Shown here piece by piece: positions 1 to 10,324 of a stretch of DNA of 64,000 nt. This DNA is from Candidatus Enterousia sp. GTDB taxonomy: Bacteria; Pseudomonadota; Alphaproteobacteria; Rs-D84. The position numbers and the translations under genes are program-made. Numbering within the stretch: the first letter of the stretch is position 1; every line of letters starts with the position of its first letter. Where the stretch lies: contig JBGUTP010000016.1 in NCBI GenBank assembly GCA_045133095.1, positions 76,758 to 140,757 on the forward strand, given 5' to 3'. The notes beneath the pieces were generated by a model, which was not told the origin of the DNA, made no database searches, and saw only the letters and a list, made by a program, of their open reading frames with translations.

Positions 1-2
1 CT

Positions 3-524
3 GATAAAAAAGTAAATGAAGTCACACCCGGACTGTTTCGTGTGGCGCCAAGCGCAGACAAAATGTTGGCGTTAGGGATTGACGGATTAAAAGAACATAT
101 CAAAGTTATTTCTTTTTTTAACAATAAAGCAAAAAATATAATCGCGCTGGCCGCTATGCTGGTGGCGGAAAATATTACAGATACTTTCCCAGATAAATAT
201 CACAATCGTGACGAATTGATGAAATTGCCCGGCATTGGGCAAAAGACAGCAAATGTTGTTTGTAATGTTTTATGGGGCGCACCAAATATTGGTGTGGATA
301 CGCACGTTTTCCGCAACGCACACAGATATGGTTGGGTTGACGACACAGACAATACGCCCGAAAAGGTAGAAGCAAAATTAATACAAATTATCCCAAAAAA
401 ATATCATCCAATCGTAAATCATGTAATGGTTTTACATGGAAGATATGTATGCAAGGCATTGCGACCAGAATGTGACAAATGCCCAGTTGCAAAATGGTGC
501 AATGCAAAGGATAAAAAAATTTAA
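3..524 (+). CDS. nth: Endonuclease III (Nth), 5'-truncated by window edge
   Basis: The open frame runs from the window start. It has the HhH motif LPGIGQKTANVV, VDTHVFR, and the C-terminal 4Fe-4S cluster CX6CX2CX5C (CKALRPECDKCPVAKWC). It aligns closely to E. coli Nth. Confidence 0.8.
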   Translation, partial: DKKVNEVTPGLFRVAPSADKMLALGIDGLKEHIKVISFFNNKAKNIIALAAMLVAENITDTFPDKYHNRDELMKLPGIGQKTANVVCNVLWGAPNIGVDTHVFRNAHRYGWVDDTDNTPEKVEAKLIQIIPKKYHPIVNHVMVLHGRYVCKALRPECDKCPVAKWCNAKDKKI

Positions 525-556
525 AAAAACACCGGTAAATCCCGGTGTTTTTTTTT
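522..556. terminator. Bidirectional rho-independent terminator between nth and the MFP gene
   Basis: Hairpin caccggtaaatcccggtg is followed by T9 and preceded by an A-run. Confidence 0.6.
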
Positions 557-566
557 AACAATTTTA

Positions 567-1793
567 CTACATTCTTGGACCACGCATTGGGTTGGGTCTT
601 TTAGATGTTGACGTTGATGTCATGCCGATTTTTCCAACAACTATTTTATCGCCCATTTGAATTTCATTGGATATAACCTCGGTTTCGGTGGCGGTTGTTA
701 AGCCCTTGGAATATGGAATCATTATTACTTCGTCATCACGCAATATCGCCAGATGAGATACAGGGGTGGCACCATTGATTTGTTCCGGCGTTAAAAAGCG
801 GTCAAAACTGCGTACCAAAAATGCCGAATTTGCCGCACGCCATACATTATCTTTTTCCGATATGATAATCGTCACAAACGCAGTCATACCAGGCATTAAA
901 CGTAACTGAGAATTATCAACATCTATCACAACCGTATAAACAACCACGTTGGATGTTGTTGTGGGTGATAAACGAATCTGACGTACAATGCCATTAAAGG
1001 TTTCAGTCGGATAAGCATCAACCGTAAATGTAACAGGTTGGTCTTCTTTTATCATGCCAATGTCAGCCTCGGATACGGCGGTTTCAATTTGCATTTTTGT
1101 TAAATCTTCGGCAATTTCAAATAAATCAGGTGTTTGGAAAGATGCCGCAACAGTTTGACCAACGTCCACCTTGCGCGAGATAACAGTCCCATCAACAGGG
1201 GATGTAATTGTGGCATATCCCAAATTTGTGACCGCACGGTCATACGTTGACTGGGCGCGTTTTACAGACTGTTCCGCCTGTTCATACTGAGTTTGAGATT
1301 GTTCCATTTCCGCACGGGCAATAAAGCCTTCGTCATACAACATTTTATTGCGTTCATATTCATTTTTTGCAAAGTTGCGTTGAGATATCGCACTGTCCAA
1401 TGAAGCCTTGGATTCATCAACCGTTGCCTGAAGAACCGATGGTTCGATTGTTAATAATACGTCGCCTTTTTTTACCTTGGTATTAAAATCAACATACAAA
1501 TTGTCAATCGTTCCAGAAACCTGAGAGCCAACATTTACCGTGTTTACAGGCTGAATTTCACCGGTGGCGGTTACAACCTGACGCAGGTCACCACGCGTGA
1601 TATCAAGAGTGATATACTGATTATCCTTTGGGACAGAACCAGCAAAAATAAACTTAATTGCAACCAATGCAGACACAACAAGCAATATCCACCACTTTTT
1701 GCGCCACACAAAACGCCAGATACGCCGCATATAGGATGGGCGTGGTTGATTTGTTGTTGGACTGGACTGCTTAGTCTTCGTTGTTTTGAGCAT
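567..1793 (-). CDS. Periplasmic adaptor (membrane fusion protein, HlyD/MacA family)
   Basis: It has an N-terminal TM segment, a long coiled-coil hairpin and beta-barrel/lipoyl-like segments typical of MFPs. The start was chosen at MLKTTK because GGAGG sits 9 nt upstream. That start overlaps the tolC-like stop by 23 nt. The longer track ORF runs into the upstream gene. Confidence 0.65.
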   Translation of the reverse strand: MLKTTKTKQSSPTTNQPRPSYMRRIWRFVWRKKWWILLVVSALVAIKFIFAGSVPKDNQYITLDITRGDLRQVVTATGEIQPVNTVNVGSQVSGTIDNLYVDFNTKVKKGDVLLTIEPSVLQATVDESKASLDSAISQRNFAKNEYERNKMLYDEGFIARAEMEQSQTQYEQAEQSVKRAQSTYDRAVTNLGYATITSPVDGTVISRKVDVGQTVAASFQTPDLFEIAEDLTKMQIETAVSEADIGMIKEDQPVTFTVDAYPTETFNGIVRQIRLSPTTTSNVVVYTVVIDVDNSQLRLMPGMTAFVTIIISEKDNVWRAANSAFLVRSFDRFLTPEQINGATPVSHLAILRDDEVIMIPYSKGLTTATETEVISNEIQMGDKIVVGKIGMTSTSTSKRPNPMRGPRM

Positions 1794-3111
1794 GTGTTGA
1801 TTCCTCCATTTCCGAGCGTATTTCACCAACCGCCAGCGCAACCGCAGCGCGCTTGGTAAATAAATCATATTTTGCGGCGTTATTTTGTTTTTCTGCATCA
1901 ACCAGTTCTGATTGCGCTGTCTGCCAATCCAGCATAGTTGCACGTCCTGCACGGTACATACCGGCGGTTACACGTTCTGATTCCGTTGCAGATTTTAATA
2001 GGACGTCTGTTTGCGTTAAAACCTTTTGCGCAGTCTTGTAATTTTGATACGCGGTATAAACATCAAGTGTGGCATTGTCCGCGGCAGTACGTTCGTTTTC
2101 CTGGGCGCGGGTATAGTTAGCCTGGGCAGAACGGACATTATATAAATTCGCAAAACCTGCAAACAATGGCATAGATGCACGGATGCCTATGCTGCCGCTG
2201 ATGTTATCTGTACCTGCACCGTATGTTTCAGTTGGTGTGTCATTCCAGGACACAGACCCAGATGCAGAAATTGATGGCAGATTGCTGAGAAATACGCTGT
2301 TGCGACGATGCCATGCCGCATCTTTTTGCGCAGTAGCACGCAATAAGTCCGGTCGGGTCTTTTCCGCCTGGGCAAATAATTCATCAAGTGTCTTGGTTTC
2401 TTGGGGGGTGCCAATTTCAGATGGCATATCCGCAATTTCTATCTGTTTATCCGCAGGAAACGAAAGTTTATTTAACAAGTTACCTTTGACAATTTCACGA
2501 TTGTTCTTGGCACGCTCAAGTTCAAGTTCACGACTTGCCAACGTTGTGTCCGCCTTTAACACATCGGCACGCGCAACAGAACCAGCCTTGAATTTCTTGT
2601 TCGCGGTATCACGGGCAGTTTGCGCAACGGTAAGTAGCATTTGCGCAGACTTTACGTCCGCGTCTGCGTTTAACAAAGCATAGTAAGAACCTATGATGCC
2701 ATAAATATAATTTTGAACCGTTTCATCATAATCAAAACCCGCCGCACGCCATGTGGCCGATAACTGATTTAAGTCTGATAAACGCTTGCCAAAATCAAAT
2801 ATTAAGTAAGACGCAGATAGTGATGCACCGTACGACCAATCACCCCAGTTTTCATTCCTGTAGGGCAGAGAGGCATTAGCAGATGCATTTACAGATGGTA
2901 AATAATTAGAATAGCCAGCATTCTTGGCAAAACGCGCAGATTCATAAGACATATATGATGCCGCCGTCTGAGGATTACGACACAAGCCTAGTTCTATGAC
3001 CTGGGGCAGGGTAAGTGGTCCAGACGGAACCGTGGTCCGCGTCATGCAATCAGTTGTCGCAAAGGCGGAAATTGGCGCCATACAAAACAGAATTAATGAT
3101 TTAAATCTCAT
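1771..3111 (-). CDS. Outer membrane efflux protein (TolC/OEP family)
   Basis: Signal peptide MRFKSLILFCMAPISAFA is followed by two repeated helical/beta halves typical of OEP proteins. It is translationally coupled to the downstream MFP gene. Confidence 0.65.
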   Translation of the reverse strand: MRFKSLILFCMAPISAFATTDCMTRTTVPSGPLTLPQVIELGLCRNPQTAASYMSYESARFAKNAGYSNYLPSVNASANASLPYRNENWGDWSYGASLSASYLIFDFGKRLSDLNQLSATWRAAGFDYDETVQNYIYGIIGSYYALLNADADVKSAQMLLTVAQTARDTANKKFKAGSVARADVLKADTTLASRELELERAKNNREIVKGNLLNKLSFPADKQIEIADMPSEIGTPQETKTLDELFAQAEKTRPDLLRATAQKDAAWHRRNSVFLSNLPSISASGSVSWNDTPTETYGAGTDNISGSIGIRASMPLFAGFANLYNVRSAQANYTRAQENERTAADNATLDVYTAYQNYKTAQKVLTQTDVLLKSATESERVTAGMYRAGRATMLDWQTAQSELVDAEKQNNAAKYDLFTKRAAVALAVGEIRSEMEESTHAQNNED

Positions 3112-3205
3112 AAAAATCCCCCCGAAAATAAAATTCTTTATTATCATACTATTTTTCTGTTGAATTACAAATTATTTTTGCTTAATATTGGAACACAAAA
3201 GTTTA

Positions 3206-3279
3206 GGCCTGGTGGCAGAGTGGTTATGCAGAGGACTGCAAATCCTTGGATGCCGGTTCGATTCCGACCCAGGCCTCCA
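3206..3279 (+). tRNA. tRNA-Cys (GCA)
   Basis: Cloverleaf with acceptor GGCCTGG/CCAGGCC, anticodon loop CTGCAAA, T-arm GGTTCGATTCC and a CCA end. Confidence 0.9.
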
Positions 3280-3283
3280 CCTT

Positions 3284-3312
3284 AAAAAATCGCCCGTTTT
3301 GGGCGTTTTTTG
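3284..3312 (+). terminator. Rho-independent terminator after tRNA-Cys
   Basis: Hairpin cgcccgttttgggcg followed by T6. Confidence 0.6.
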
Positions 3313-3361
3313 TTTGTTTTGACACTTGTATAAAGTACTTTTTTTGTGTACCATTCGTTTC

Positions 3362-4441
3362 ATGATTAAATCAATTAGTTTAACCGATTTCAGGAATCAT
3401 AACCTGTGCCGTGTCACAACGTACGGGCGACAGAATATTATTATCACAGGACCAAATGGCGCAGGAAAAACAGCCATCTTAGAAGCAGTTTCTATGCTGT
3501 CGGGTGATAAAGGGATGCGGGGCGCAGGTATGACAGATATTGCACGCTTTGGTGGCAATGGTGGTTTTTGCGTGTTCGCAGAACTGGCAGATGAAACGCA
3601 GGTGGCGGTACAGTATGTCGGTGGCGATGCAAACAGACGCGCAAAAATTGATGGCGATAGCGCAACACTGACAGACCTGGCAAAATATCTGAGAATGATA
3701 TGGATAAGCCCACGTGAAGATAGACTTTTTGTCGAAGGCGCCGCAGAAAGAAGAACTTTCTTTGACAGGCTGGTCACCGCGTTCGATACAACACACGCAG
3801 GCAGGACCGCAAAACTTAGCAAATTGTTAAGCGAAAGGGCGTTCGCATTGAAAACAGGTGCGGATATTCATTGGCTGAACGCACTGGATGAACAAATCGC
3901 AGGAACCGCAGTAACTATTGCAGCCGCACGAATTCAATACGCCGGCGAAATTAACTATTTTCTGAAAAGATGCGCAGTGTCGGTGTCGGGAAAATTAGAG
4001 CAAATGATTATAGATGGCGCAAAACCAGGTGACGCAGAAAGAAGTTATTTGGAATATTTAAAAGATAACAGGGTATTGGTCGGTGATAAAATGGTCATTG
4101 ATGGACCACATAAATCCGATTGGGGGGTCTTTAATAATGAATTAAAGTTGCCGGCATATCTGACCAGTACAGGACAACAAAAAACAACACTTGTCGATGT
4201 AGTGCTGGCACATGCCAAACTTATTCATACCAAGACAGGACATAAACCGATTATCCTGCTGGACGAGGCGGCAGCACACCTGGATAAAAACGCCAGGGAA
4301 GATATGTTCCGCGAATTAGGTGTTGCACAGGCACAGGTTTGGGCAACAGGATTAGACCCAGAAATATTTAAAGATGTTCCAAACGCTGTATTTGTTGCTT
4401 GCCAGGATGGTCAAATAAGTAATATACTATGCGGGGAGTAA
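3362..4441 (+). CDS. recF: DNA replication and repair protein RecF
   Basis: Walker A motif ITGPNGAGKT and the SMC-like signature/Walker B region (ILLDEAAAHLD). The start was set at MIKSISLTDFRNH, a typical RecF N-terminus. Confidence 0.85.
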   Translation: MIKSISLTDFRNHNLCRVTTYGRQNIIITGPNGAGKTAILEAVSMLSGDKGMRGAGMTDIARFGGNGGFCVFAELADETQVAVQYVGGDANRRAKIDGDSATLTDLAKYLRMIWISPREDRLFVEGAAERRTFFDRLVTAFDTTHAGRTAKLSKLLSERAFALKTGADIHWLNALDEQIAGTAVTIAAARIQYAGEINYFLKRCAVSVSGKLEQMIIDGAKPGDAERSYLEYLKDNRVLVGDKMVIDGPHKSDWGVFNNELKLPAYLTSTGQQKTTLVDVVLAHAKLIHTKTGHKPIILLDEAAAHLDKNAREDMFRELGVAQAQVWATGLDPEIFKDVPNAVFVACQDGQISNILCGE

Positions 4442-4447
4442 TTTATT

Positions 4448-4915
4448 ATGGCACGTATCGATTATCAAACTTTATTAGATAACGCATTGAAATCAATCGT
4501 CAAAGATGCATTGGTTCATGCACAGTTTAACGGACTGGGGGATGGAACACATTTCTTTATCACGTTCAGAACACGTGATAATGGGGTGGTTTTGCCAGAT
4601 TTCCTGCGTATAAGATATCCGGATATAATGACAATAGTACTGCAACATTCTTATAATAATCTGCATGTGTCCGATAAAGAGTTTGGGGTACAGTTGACAT
4701 TTGATGGACGACCTTTTTTTATACGTGTGCCGTTTGCTGCGCTGGTGGAATTTAAAGACCCATCTGTTGATTTTCTTTTATCTTTTCAACAAAAAACGCA
4801 ACAGGGCAATGCCGATAACGATATGGAATTGCCATTAGAAGAAAAACCAGGTTCCGTGCCAGACCCAGGACGGGTTGTATCTTTGGATGAATTTAGAAAA
4901 AAAAGAAATTTATAA
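4448..4915 (+). CDS. sspB: ClpXP adaptor SspB (alphaproteobacterial SspB-alpha type)
   Basis: Motifs HFFITFxT, TIVLQHxxxxLxV, FxVxLxF and PFxAxxxFxDPSVxF match Caulobacter-type SspB. Confidence 0.55.
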   Translation: MARIDYQTLLDNALKSIVKDALVHAQFNGLGDGTHFFITFRTRDNGVVLPDFLRIRYPDIMTIVLQHSYNNLHVSDKEFGVQLTFDGRPFFIRVPFAALVEFKDPSVDFLLSFQQKTQQGNADNDMELPLEEKPGSVPDPGRVVSLDEFRKKRNL

Positions 4916-4926
4916 TTTTTTTCAAT

Positions 4927-4960
4927 AAAAAAAAACACCGGCGTTTGCCGGTGTTTTTAT
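4927..4960. terminator. Bidirectional terminator between sspB and pheT
   Basis: Hairpin caccggcgtttgccggtg flanked by an A-run and a T-run. Confidence 0.6.
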
Positions 4961-4963
4961 GAT

Positions 4964-7270
4964 TTATTTATCACGGATTTTTGCATTACATTTTTTTTCA
5001 ACACTGTCTATCACAGTATTTTGTATTTTTAACAAATCCGCATCTGACATGTTGTCGTTTGGTTGAATCGTTATTGTAAAAGCAATTGATTTTTTGTCAT
5101 CGCCCATGTCAAAAGAATCAAAAACAACAACGTCTGTGATACGACTGTCCGCACTGCGCGCAATTGATGTTATCTTGTCCGCAGGGGTATCTGTATCCGT
5201 TATAAACGCAAAGTCGCGGGTAATCGGTTGAAAATCAGATAATACCGGCTGCTTGCCACCACGGCGCGCAGGGATGTTGGTAATATCCTCAACCAGCGCA
5301 ATCACTGTATTTGTTTTTATGCGTAACTTCTTGGCAACAGATGGATGTAACTGTCCAAATTCTGCAATTTTCTTTTTACCCTGATACAGCGCGCCATAGC
5401 GATATGGATGCGCCCACAAAGGTGCATTTTCAGTTGATATGGTAAAACGCTGACCCGAGAAAAGTGATATAAGGTCTGCTTTGACATCGTAAATATCAAC
5501 GTCACGATTGCGACCAGTCCAATGACGCGGTGCATTGGCGCCAGTGCGAACAAGGCAAAGTGATGTATGCTGCTGACCCGGAAGGTCCCCATCAAACACA
5601 ACACCTAATTCAAATAAAGATAAGTCTGGATAGCCGCGCTTTTCATTATTCGATACCGCCAACAATAACCCAAACAACAAACCATTGCGCAATGTGTCAT
5701 AGTCCGATGTTATAGGGTTAGATATAACAATATTAGGACGGTCCGATAATAACTGTTCCGTGGTTTTATTACCAAAACCAAAAGAACGACATTCATTCAA
5801 TCCGCGTGAAGCCAACAGATTTTTGATATCTGTTTCATTATTTGTATGTGGGCGGGCAGTACCCGTTGTATGATAGGTCGCCTGGGTCAGTAATTTATCA
5901 TAACCATATATACGGATTAAGTCCGCAACTATGGTTTCTGGGATTTTAACATCAACACGTGACGCAAGTGGTGTTACACGCCATGGGTTAGATGAATAAT
6001 CAACCGTATAACCCAATGCAACCAAGATATCACGCTGAATATCCTGGGCAAGTGAAATACCTGTCTTGGTTGTGAAATAATCAGGATTATAGGATATTGT
6101 TTGTGGCATCGGCAGTGATGTTTGCGCCGAATACGCACCAACAATGGTGCCACCGCATACGTCAATAATATTGCGCGCCGCATACACCGCCGCACGACCA
6201 GTCATAGTTGGGTCTATGCCACGTTCATAACGATAAGACGCATCAGTGGAAATGCCTAAACGCTTGGATGTGCGACGTACAGATACAGAATCAAAATACG
6301 CAGATTCCAAGATAATGTTTTTGGTATCCGATGTCGTAGAACCACGCGCACCACCAATTACACCCGCCAATGCCAATATACCCGCATCGTCCGCAATAAC
6401 TAAATCATCCGTGGTCAAAGTATGTTCAGTACCAAACAAATCGGTAAACTTTTCGTCTTGAACCGCGTTGCGGACCGTTATATCACCAGATATTTCATCC
6501 GCATCAAAACAATGCATAGGTTGCCCCATATCATAACAAACATAGTTCGTCATATCCACAGGTGCATTCTTTGGCTTGATGCCAATTGCCGCCAAACGCG
6601 CAGCGATTTTTGGGTCACTGGGGGCAACGGTAATGCCATGAATTTCTGTTAATTTATAGGCACCACATTTGTCCGATAAAATATTCACACGACGCGTACC
6701 AAATGATTCATAAAATTCTTCGTCAGATGAACAAACATATTCACCAATGCCAGATGCAGATAAATCACGCGCAATACCACGCACAGATAAATAATCCGGT
6801 CTGTTTGGGGTAATGCCTGCTTCGAATACAGTGTATGCCGGCAAAACCGCAGTGCCAGGTACCATATCAGGTGATAATTCCAGAATGCCACTGTGGTCAT
6901 TATTTATGCCCAGTTCACGACCAGAACACATCATACCGTCAGACAACACGCCACGTAATTTGCCAGACTGAATTTCATGCCCATCAATTACACAGCCAGG
7001 CACAGCCAATGCAGATACCAGACCCACACGGGCATTTGGCGCACCGCATACAACCTGGCGCAGAGTGCCAGAACCATCATCAACCTTTAATACATGCAGA
7101 TGGTCGCTGTTTTCATGTGCATGACATTCAATAATCTTGGCGGCAATCGGAACAACCGGTGTGACGACGTCTTCTACTTCCAATCCTGTACGCGTCAAGG
7201 TATCTGCAATTTTTGATGCAGATGCGTCTGTTTTCAGATATTCTTGTAACCAATCAAGTGTCCATTTCAT
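4964..7270 (-). CDS. pheT: Phenylalanine--tRNA ligase beta subunit
   Basis: The N-terminus MKWTLDWLQEYL is typical of PheT. It is 768 aa and lies downstream of pheS. Confidence 0.9.
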   Translation of the reverse strand: MKWTLDWLQEYLKTDASASKIADTLTRTGLEVEDVVTPVVPIAAKIIECHAHENSDHLHVLKVDDGSGTLRQVVCGAPNARVGLVSALAVPGCVIDGHEIQSGKLRGVLSDGMMCSGRELGINNDHSGILELSPDMVPGTAVLPAYTVFEAGITPNRPDYLSVRGIARDLSASGIGEYVCSSDEEFYESFGTRRVNILSDKCGAYKLTEIHGITVAPSDPKIAARLAAIGIKPKNAPVDMTNYVCYDMGQPMHCFDADEISGDITVRNAVQDEKFTDLFGTEHTLTTDDLVIADDAGILALAGVIGGARGSTTSDTKNIILESAYFDSVSVRRTSKRLGISTDASYRYERGIDPTMTGRAAVYAARNIIDVCGGTIVGAYSAQTSLPMPQTISYNPDYFTTKTGISLAQDIQRDILVALGYTVDYSSNPWRVTPLASRVDVKIPETIVADLIRIYGYDKLLTQATYHTTGTARPHTNNETDIKNLLASRGLNECRSFGFGNKTTEQLLSDRPNIVISNPITSDYDTLRNGLLFGLLLAVSNNEKRGYPDLSLFELGVVFDGDLPGQQHTSLCLVRTGANAPRHWTGRNRDVDIYDVKADLISLFSGQRFTISTENAPLWAHPYRYGALYQGKKKIAEFGQLHPSVAKKLRIKTNTVIALVEDITNIPARRGGKQPVLSDFQPITRDFAFITDTDTPADKITSIARSADSRITDVVVFDSFDMGDDKKSIAFTITIQPNDNMSDADLLKIQNTVIDSVEKKCNAKIRDK

Positions 7271-7285
7271 TTCTAAATTCCCTTG

Positions 7286-8233
7286 TTAAAAACCAGCACT
7301 GCGCAACCAGCGCACATCGTTGTTATACAAATCACGCAAGTCAGGCAGATTATATTTCAACATCGCCAATCTGTCCCAACCAAAACCAAAGGCAAATCCC
7401 TGATATTCGTCTGGGTTAATGCCGCAATTGCGCAATACATTAGGATGAACCATTCCCGCACCCATAATTTCCAGCCATTTATCATTCTTCCATTTTAAGT
7501 CAATTTCTATGCTGGGGTCTGTAAATGGAAAATAAGATGGGCGAATGCGCAATTCTATGTTATCCATTTCAAAATAACGTGATAAAAATGCACGCACATC
7601 TGCAATCAAATCAGACATTGTTATGTTCTTGTTAATGTATAAACCTTCTATTTGACCAAACATTGGACCATGGGTTGCATCCCATTCTTTGCGGTATGTT
7701 GAGCCAACACCAAACATTTTAATTGGCACACCATCTTGTTCCATCGCACGAATTTGAATCGCAGAAGTTTGAGTGCGCAATACATTGCCATTAGGTAAAA
7801 AGAATGTATCCTGCATATCGCGGGCAGGGTGATACGCCGGTGTATTTAACGCGGTAAAGTTATGCCAATCGTCTTCGACCTGGGGACCGGTGTACATGGT
7901 GTAACCAAAAGATTCTAAAATCTTGGATATTTGAGATAACGATTGCGTCAATGGATGCAATGTCCCACGATTTTCAGGCAATGGATTTAATGACACGTCT
8001 AACTTTTGTTTTTGCAGCGACGCCATTAAAACAGCATTTTCTATTTCACTTTGACGTGTTTTGAACAATTCACGCAACTGTGCATTTTCCATGTTTAACG
8101 CCGCGCGCGCATCATTGTCCAAATTTTTCATTTCTTTTAATCGCGCGGTCATAGTCCCATTTTTACCAAAGGTTGCCGCATACAACGATTGTAATTCTTC
8201 GAGAGTGTTTATACTCTTTATCTGTTCATACAT
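7286..8233 (-). CDS. pheS: Phenylalanine--tRNA ligase alpha subunit
   Basis: Class II aaRS motifs (FRPSYFPFTDPS, GAGMVHPNVL) are present. The ATG at MYEQ has GGGGA 9 nt upstream. The track start looks like an upstream TTG. Confidence 0.9.
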   Translation of the reverse strand: MYEQIKSINTLEELQSLYAATFGKNGTMTARLKEMKNLDNDARAALNMENAQLRELFKTRQSEIENAVLMASLQKQKLDVSLNPLPENRGTLHPLTQSLSQISKILESFGYTMYTGPQVEDDWHNFTALNTPAYHPARDMQDTFFLPNGNVLRTQTSAIQIRAMEQDGVPIKMFGVGSTYRKEWDATHGPMFGQIEGLYINKNITMSDLIADVRAFLSRYFEMDNIELRIRPSYFPFTDPSIEIDLKWKNDKWLEIMGAGMVHPNVLRNCGINPDEYQGFAFGFGWDRLAMLKYNLPDLRDLYNNDVRWLRSAGF

Positions 8234-8318
8234 AATTTTATTCCCCAAGATATTAAAAAATAAAAGCCGTCATACGACGGCTTTATTATTACAAAAGATA
8301 TACCCCGCCGACAAGGTA

Positions 8319-8687
8319 TTATTTGCCTTCGGCGTTGATAAATCGTTTCGCAGTGTCAACCAACTTTACGAAGTTAGCATCGCCCGCATAAGCCATTTCA
8401 GCCAAAACCTTGCGGTCCAGGGCAACGCCTGCTTTCTTTAAGCCATTCATAAACTGGCTGTAAGTCATACCATTTGCGCGTACTGCGGCATTGATACGAA
8501 CAATCCACAAACCACGAAATTCGCGCTTTTTAACACGACGATCGCGATATGCATACTGTCCTGCTTTTTCCGTTTTTTCACGGGCAGCACGATATGTTGA
8601 ATGATGACGGCCCAAGTAGCCCTTGGCACGCGCCAAAATCTTGTTATGTTTTTGTTTTACGGTTGTTCCGCGTTTTACTCTTGCCAT
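8319..8687 (-). CDS. rplT: 50S ribosomal protein L20
   Basis: [18 protein letters not shown]... is the canonical bL20 sequence. Confidence 0.95.
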   Translation of the reverse strand: MARVKRGTTVKQKHNKILARAKGYLGRHHSTYRAAREKTEKAGQYAYRDRRVKKREFRGLWIVRINAAVRANGMTYSQFMNGLKKAGVALDRKVLAEMAYAGDANFVKLVDTAKRFINAEGK

Positions 8688-8705
8688 GACTGATTACCCC
8701 CTTGC

Positions 8706-8909
8706 TTATTTCAAACCATATGGGGCCAGGATTTTAGCCTGTCCAACCATGTTTTCGTTCAAATACTGTGGCTTTGCACCCGCTTTGTTTGCACGAGCGG
8801 ACTTTTTGCGCAACAGTTTCTTGTGAGAGTTGCGTGCAACACGGATTTTACCGGTCGCAGTCATAGACGCACGCTTTTTTAAGTACGACTTTGTCTTTAA
8901 TTTTGGCAT
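8706..8909 (-). CDS. rpmI: 50S ribosomal protein L35
   Basis: MPKLKTKSYLKKR... is the canonical bL35 sequence. No infC is adjacent. Confidence 0.9.
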   Translation of the reverse strand: MPKLKTKSYLKKRASMTATGKIRVARNSHKKLLRKKSARANKAGAKPQYLNENMVGQAKILAPYGLK

Positions 8910-9050
8910 TTTATATCCTCTTGTTCTTAGATAGTTTTAAGGTCTGATGGCAATGCCTTGCCAGTTTGACCGATTGTTATTTTGGCATATTAAAAAGAAA
9001 AATCAAGTTTTTATTGAATATCTGTCTTTTAAAGGCTAAAGTATTGCCCG

Positions 9051-9875
9051 ATGAAACAAACAAAAATGTCCGAAAAGATTTATCCTTTTATTAAGGCTGC
9101 TGCTGCCGCGGCGGTGTTGCCTGTGCTGTTCATATATATCATGATTGCAAAGCCTGATTATAAAATTATGAACGCGCTGGGGCATGTCGTGGTGCCGGTG
9201 GCACAGTTTGTCGGCGATGTCGTTACATGGCCTGTGCGCGCCATTGCAGGTGTCGTCGATAATGTCGCACAGGTTTCGGTGCTGAGGGCGGAAAACGAAG
9301 AACTTAGGGTCAGATTAGACCAGGCACTGATAAACCAACGAAAGTGTCAGATGGCAATCGCAGAAAACCAAAAATTAAATAAAGAACTGGATTTAATACA
9401 GCAACAGCCACGTGATGCCATTATCGCAGATGTTGTGCATGACAACAGTGTTATGGGACATAATACGTATCTGATTAACCGGGGAATTAAAGACGGTATC
9501 GAAAGCGGTATGGCAGTCACAACAACAGATATGATGTTGGCAGGGATTGTAATCGATGCAGCACAAAACTTTTCACGTGTTCGCGCATTGACTGATGCAG
9601 ATACTAATATCGCCGTGCGCGTTGTCGGGTCAGAAGTTTATGGATTCTTGACCGGGAATGGGTCCATGCATCCCATGATGGGATTCTTTAGCGACCCAGA
9701 ATTTCAACCATCAAAAGGGATTAATCTGGTAACAAGTAATATTTCTGGGGTGCTGCCAGGGGAAATTAATGTTGGTGAAATGATTGACGAAACAGATGTC
9801 AAAGTCGTTACACCAAAGCAACTGTCACGGGTAATGGTACTGAAATTCGATACGCCATATAACGAATATAAATGA
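9051..9875 (+). CDS. mreC: Rod shape-determining protein MreC
   Basis: An N-terminal TM segment, a coiled-coil (RAENEELRVRL) and C-terminal beta domains. It precedes mreD, mrdA and rodA. Confidence 0.75.
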   Translation: MKQTKMSEKIYPFIKAAAAAAVLPVLFIYIMIAKPDYKIMNALGHVVVPVAQFVGDVVTWPVRAIAGVVDNVAQVSVLRAENEELRVRLDQALINQRKCQMAIAENQKLNKELDLIQQQPRDAIIADVVHDNSVMGHNTYLINRGIKDGIESGMAVTTTDMMLAGIVIDAAQNFSRVRALTDADTNIAVRVVGSEVYGFLTGNGSMHPMMGFFSDPEFQPSKGINLVTSNISGVLPGEINVGEMIDETDVKVVTPKQLSRVMVLKFDTPYNEYK

Positions 9876-10324
9876 AAAGCAATATTGTAAAATTTTTACA
9901 GGCAAGTTTTCCTTTCTTGGTCACAATTGCGTTGTGGCGACTGTCGGGTCCATGGTGGAATCCAGCAGGTATATTGGCGATTATTCCGGTGTTTTTTTGC
10001 ACCTTTATCAGACCCGTTAATTGGTTTGCACCTTTTGGTTTTTTGATGTGCATGCTGATAGATTACAAATTTGAAACTGTTTGTTTTTGGATGGCGTGGT
10101 TTTGTATGTTCTATGCGATTAACAGTTTTCAAACCTTTATTGATATTTCCAGAATGGATAAAGATGCAATTGTGGCGTTTATTTTGTTCTTTGGCGTGGG
10201 GCTGTTAATTCAACTGTTTGCAGACTTTACTTTTTTAAACCTGGCCAAAGGATTATGGGTGTTTATATGGACATGCGCATGGTATTTGCCGATAAATATG
10301 GTTATAAAAAAGGTGCATAAATGA
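9872..10324 (+). CDS. mreD: Rod shape-determining protein MreD (polytopic membrane protein)
   Basis: A 150-aa multi-TM protein. It is translationally coupled between mreC and mrdA. Confidence 0.5.
   Translation: MKSNIVKFLQASFPFLVTIALWRLSGPWWNPAGILAIIPVFFCTFIRPVNWFAPFGFLMCMLIDYKFETVCFWMAWFCMFYAINSFQTFIDISRMDKDAIVAFILFFGVGLLIQLFADFTFLNLAKGLWVFIWTCAWYLPINMVIKKVHK

Noticed and set aside
567-1952. Extended 461-aa version of the MFP ORF
   Set aside because: The extra 52 N-terminal residues overlap the tolC-like coding region. An internal ATG with a GGAGG SD at 1793 gives a typical MFP N-terminus.
2183-2683. 166-aa ORF antisense to the tolC-like gene
   Set aside because: Shadow ORF with Ser/Ala-rich translation and no SD.
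3397-3822. 141-aa and overlapping 105/73-aa ORFs antisense to recF
   Set aside because: Shadow ORFs inside recF with no independent signals.
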